Shown here in pieces: positions 34,185 to 36,034 of a stretch of DNA of 36,034 nt. The stretch lies in NCBI GenBank assembly GCA_036445815.1, contig JAZFRU010000057.1, positions 1 through 36,034 on the forward strand. The letters run 5' to 3'. The DNA comes from Acidobacteriota bacterium (GTDB lineage Bacteria; Acidobacteriota; UBA6911; RPQK01; JADFOI01). Under the pieces are notes generated by a model. That model did not search any database, was not told the DNA's origin, and saw only the letters and a program-made list of their open reading frames with translations. Numbering within the stretch: position 1 is the stretch's first letter; each line of letters starts with the position of its first letter. The position numbers were made by a program, and so were the translations under genes.

Positions 34185-36020
34185 TCAACTGGATTTCTGT
34201 TTCCCCGCGGCTCCTCGGCGGCGGACGACCCTAAGTTTGGATTTCCGGGAACCTTCCGCCTGGGCTGCCTCCTGGTCGGAGGGATAGGCAATTCGATGGT
34301 GCGCCGTGCTTTTGAGGATGTGCGTCACCGTGCCTTCGATTTTCTTCAATTCCCCGATGGTCAGACCCGATTGGTCAAGCTCTCCCTGCTCTAACTTTCG
34401 GTTCACCAGGCGGCTGACCAGATTGCGGATCGTCTCGTCGTCACGATTCTGTACCACCCGGCAGGCCGCCTCGCAGGAATCCACGATCATCACAATGGCC
34501 GTTTCCCTGCTCTGAGGTTTCGGTCCGGGGTACTTGAAGACCTTTTCCGATTTGATCTCCGACTCCAGTTCCTTGGATTTGTGATAGAAATAGTCGATCG
34601 TTGAGGTGCCATGATGCTGAGGTATGAAATCTTCCACGGCACCGGGCAGGCCGATCTGCCGAGCCAGCTGAACCCCCATCGTCACATGAGAACGGAGCAC
34701 CGCAGCTGAAGCGATCAAACCCAGCGACTCATGCAGATTCTCTCCTGCCACCTGATTTTCAATAAAGTACTCCGGACTGAACATCTTGCCGATATCATGG
34801 TAATAGGATCCCACCCGCACCAGAAGACTGTTCGCACCAATTTCGTTGGCCACGCTTTCCGAGATGTTGGCAACCGCCATGCTGTGCTGGTAGGACCCCG
34901 GCGCCTTGAAGAACAGTTCCTTGAGTACCGGTGCATTCAAATCCAGCAACTCCATCAATCGAAAGGGGGAAGTGAAATCGAAAAGGCGTTCAAACACTGG
35001 AAGAAAAATCAGCGTGAGAAGAGCCGCGATGATGCCGTTGGTCAGGGCGGCCACCGCATTGGGAAGGGCGTCGGCGAAGCTTCCTCCGGTCAAGACCAAC
35101 TCGCAAAGAAACACGAAAGCCATCACCAGCCCCACCATGAGCGAAGCCGCCATCAACTCACTGCGTCTGCGTGCCTGCCGCACCCAGCTTCCACTGACCA
35201 GCCCCCCAGAGAGCAACACCAGAAAAAGCCCAAAATCGAATTGTGAGGCCAGCGAGACATAAATCAGAGTAATCAACATGATCAACGGAACGATACGCCG
35301 GTTAATGAGAACCGTGATCGTCAAACCCGCCCAGGGGACCGGGATCAGATAGGGCGAGAATACTTCATAGAAAAGGGCCACTTTGGCGCAGATCAGAACG
35401 ATCAGAATTGTCAAATAAATGAGTACCAGATTCTTATTCTTCTCGGTGCTGCGGGGATACAGAAAGTTCGTGTGGTAGAGCAAGATGAGCGTGAATATGG
35501 TCACAATGAGCAGCGTTCCCAGAACGCTTTCAGGACCCACGCTTTCTCGATATTTCAACGCTTCCCGAACCAACCTGCGATCCGAAACGGTGACCCGCTG
35601 TCCCTTGGGTACCAGCAATTCATGACGGGCAATAAGTCTCCCCTGAAACTCAAAAGCGGCCGGGGCACGATAGGCAATCCAGGATTCGCTCTGAACTGCC
35701 GGGGGAGAGTAGGGGGCAGTCAGGTTCTCAAAGAAAAGAATCAAGAAGACACAGGGAATCACCAAAGATGTGATAATCCAGGCCAGATATGGAATTCCAT
35801 ACAGGGCAAGACGCGCGGGAAGCAGTTCCTGATCCTTGAGCACCTTCTCGGAAACGTCACCTGCCTCCATATCCGGGATGGCGGTACCTTCCAATTTGCG
35901 GATCAAGCCCTTGGCCGAGTGCATCTGACGGGAATGCCGGAGACGGAGAACTCCCAGGATGACACCAAAAATCGCCACTCCGATGATGATGGCGACCGAG
36001 TACTGGTAAATCTCAGCCAT
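34185..36020 (-). CDS. Second 7TM-HD (HDIG) membrane phosphohydrolase
   Basis: APGSYQHS, YYHDIGK, PQHHGT, FKYPGPKP, MIVDSCEAA; multiple TM helices; AGGAG RBS before ATG 36020. Confidence 0.9.
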   Translation of the reverse strand: MAEIYQYSVAIIIGVAIFGVILGVLRLRHSRQMHSAKGLIRKLEGTAIPDMEAGDVSEKVLKDQELLPARLALYGIPYLAWIITSLVIPCVFLILFFENLTAPYSPPAVQSESWIAYRAPAAFEFQGRLIARHELLVPKGQRVTVSDRRLVREALKYRESVGPESVLGTLLIVTIFTLILLYHTNFLYPRSTEKNKNLVLIYLTILIVLICAKVALFYEVFSPYLIPVPWAGLTITVLINRRIVPLIMLITLIYVSLASQFDFGLFLVLLSGGLVSGSWVRQARRRSELMAASLMVGLVMAFVFLCELVLTGGSFADALPNAVAALTNGIIAALLTLIFLPVFERLFDFTSPFRLMELLDLNAPVLKELFFKAPGSYQHSMAVANISESVANEIGANSLLVRVGSYYHDIGKMFSPEYFIENQVAGENLHESLGLIASAAVLRSHVTMGVQLARQIGLPGAVEDFIPQHHGTSTIDYFYHKSKELESEIKSEKVFKYPGPKPQSRETAIVMIVDSCEAACRVVQNRDDETIRNLVSRLVNRKLEQGELDQSGLTIGELKKIEGTVTHILKSTAHHRIAYPSDQEAAQAEGSRKSKLRVVRRRGAAGKQKSS

Positions 36021-36034
36021 GGACTCCTATTTTA

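Overview
Bacterial core-genome window, moderately GC-rich; gene content and order suggest Acidobacteriota, but this is inference only. 389-12508 (minus strand) is a 12-gene respiratory cluster: an A1-type heme-copper oxidase (subunits II, I, two split III, IV), a small CxxC membrane protein, a Rieske protein, a split b6-like cytochrome b with non-canonical motifs, a ~1037-aa membrane-anchored octaheme cytochrome c, a lipoprotein with an amicyanin-like copper motif and a HEAT/lipoyl-fold membrane protein. Upstream lie an unannotated 56-aa membrane zinc-finger ORF and an exported CbiX-like chelatase. The rest is housekeeping: dgt, yceD-rpmF-fabD-fabG-acpP-fabF, 7TM-HD/ybeY/CNNM/ribD, ypdA, tRNA-Val(CAC), a MidA-like methyltransferase, ndk, sucDC, an S9 peptidase, an FAD oxidoreductase, an HhH-GPD glycosylase and a second 7TM-HD protein. 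Intergenic spaces carry a modular repeat system: six hairpin-plus-heptamer (CGTTTMA)x4 units oriented like terminators, GTAG-type REP/REPIN palindromes, a MITE-like element with three orphan ends, and an inverted octamer array. No transposase, integrase, phage genes or CRISPR array were seen.
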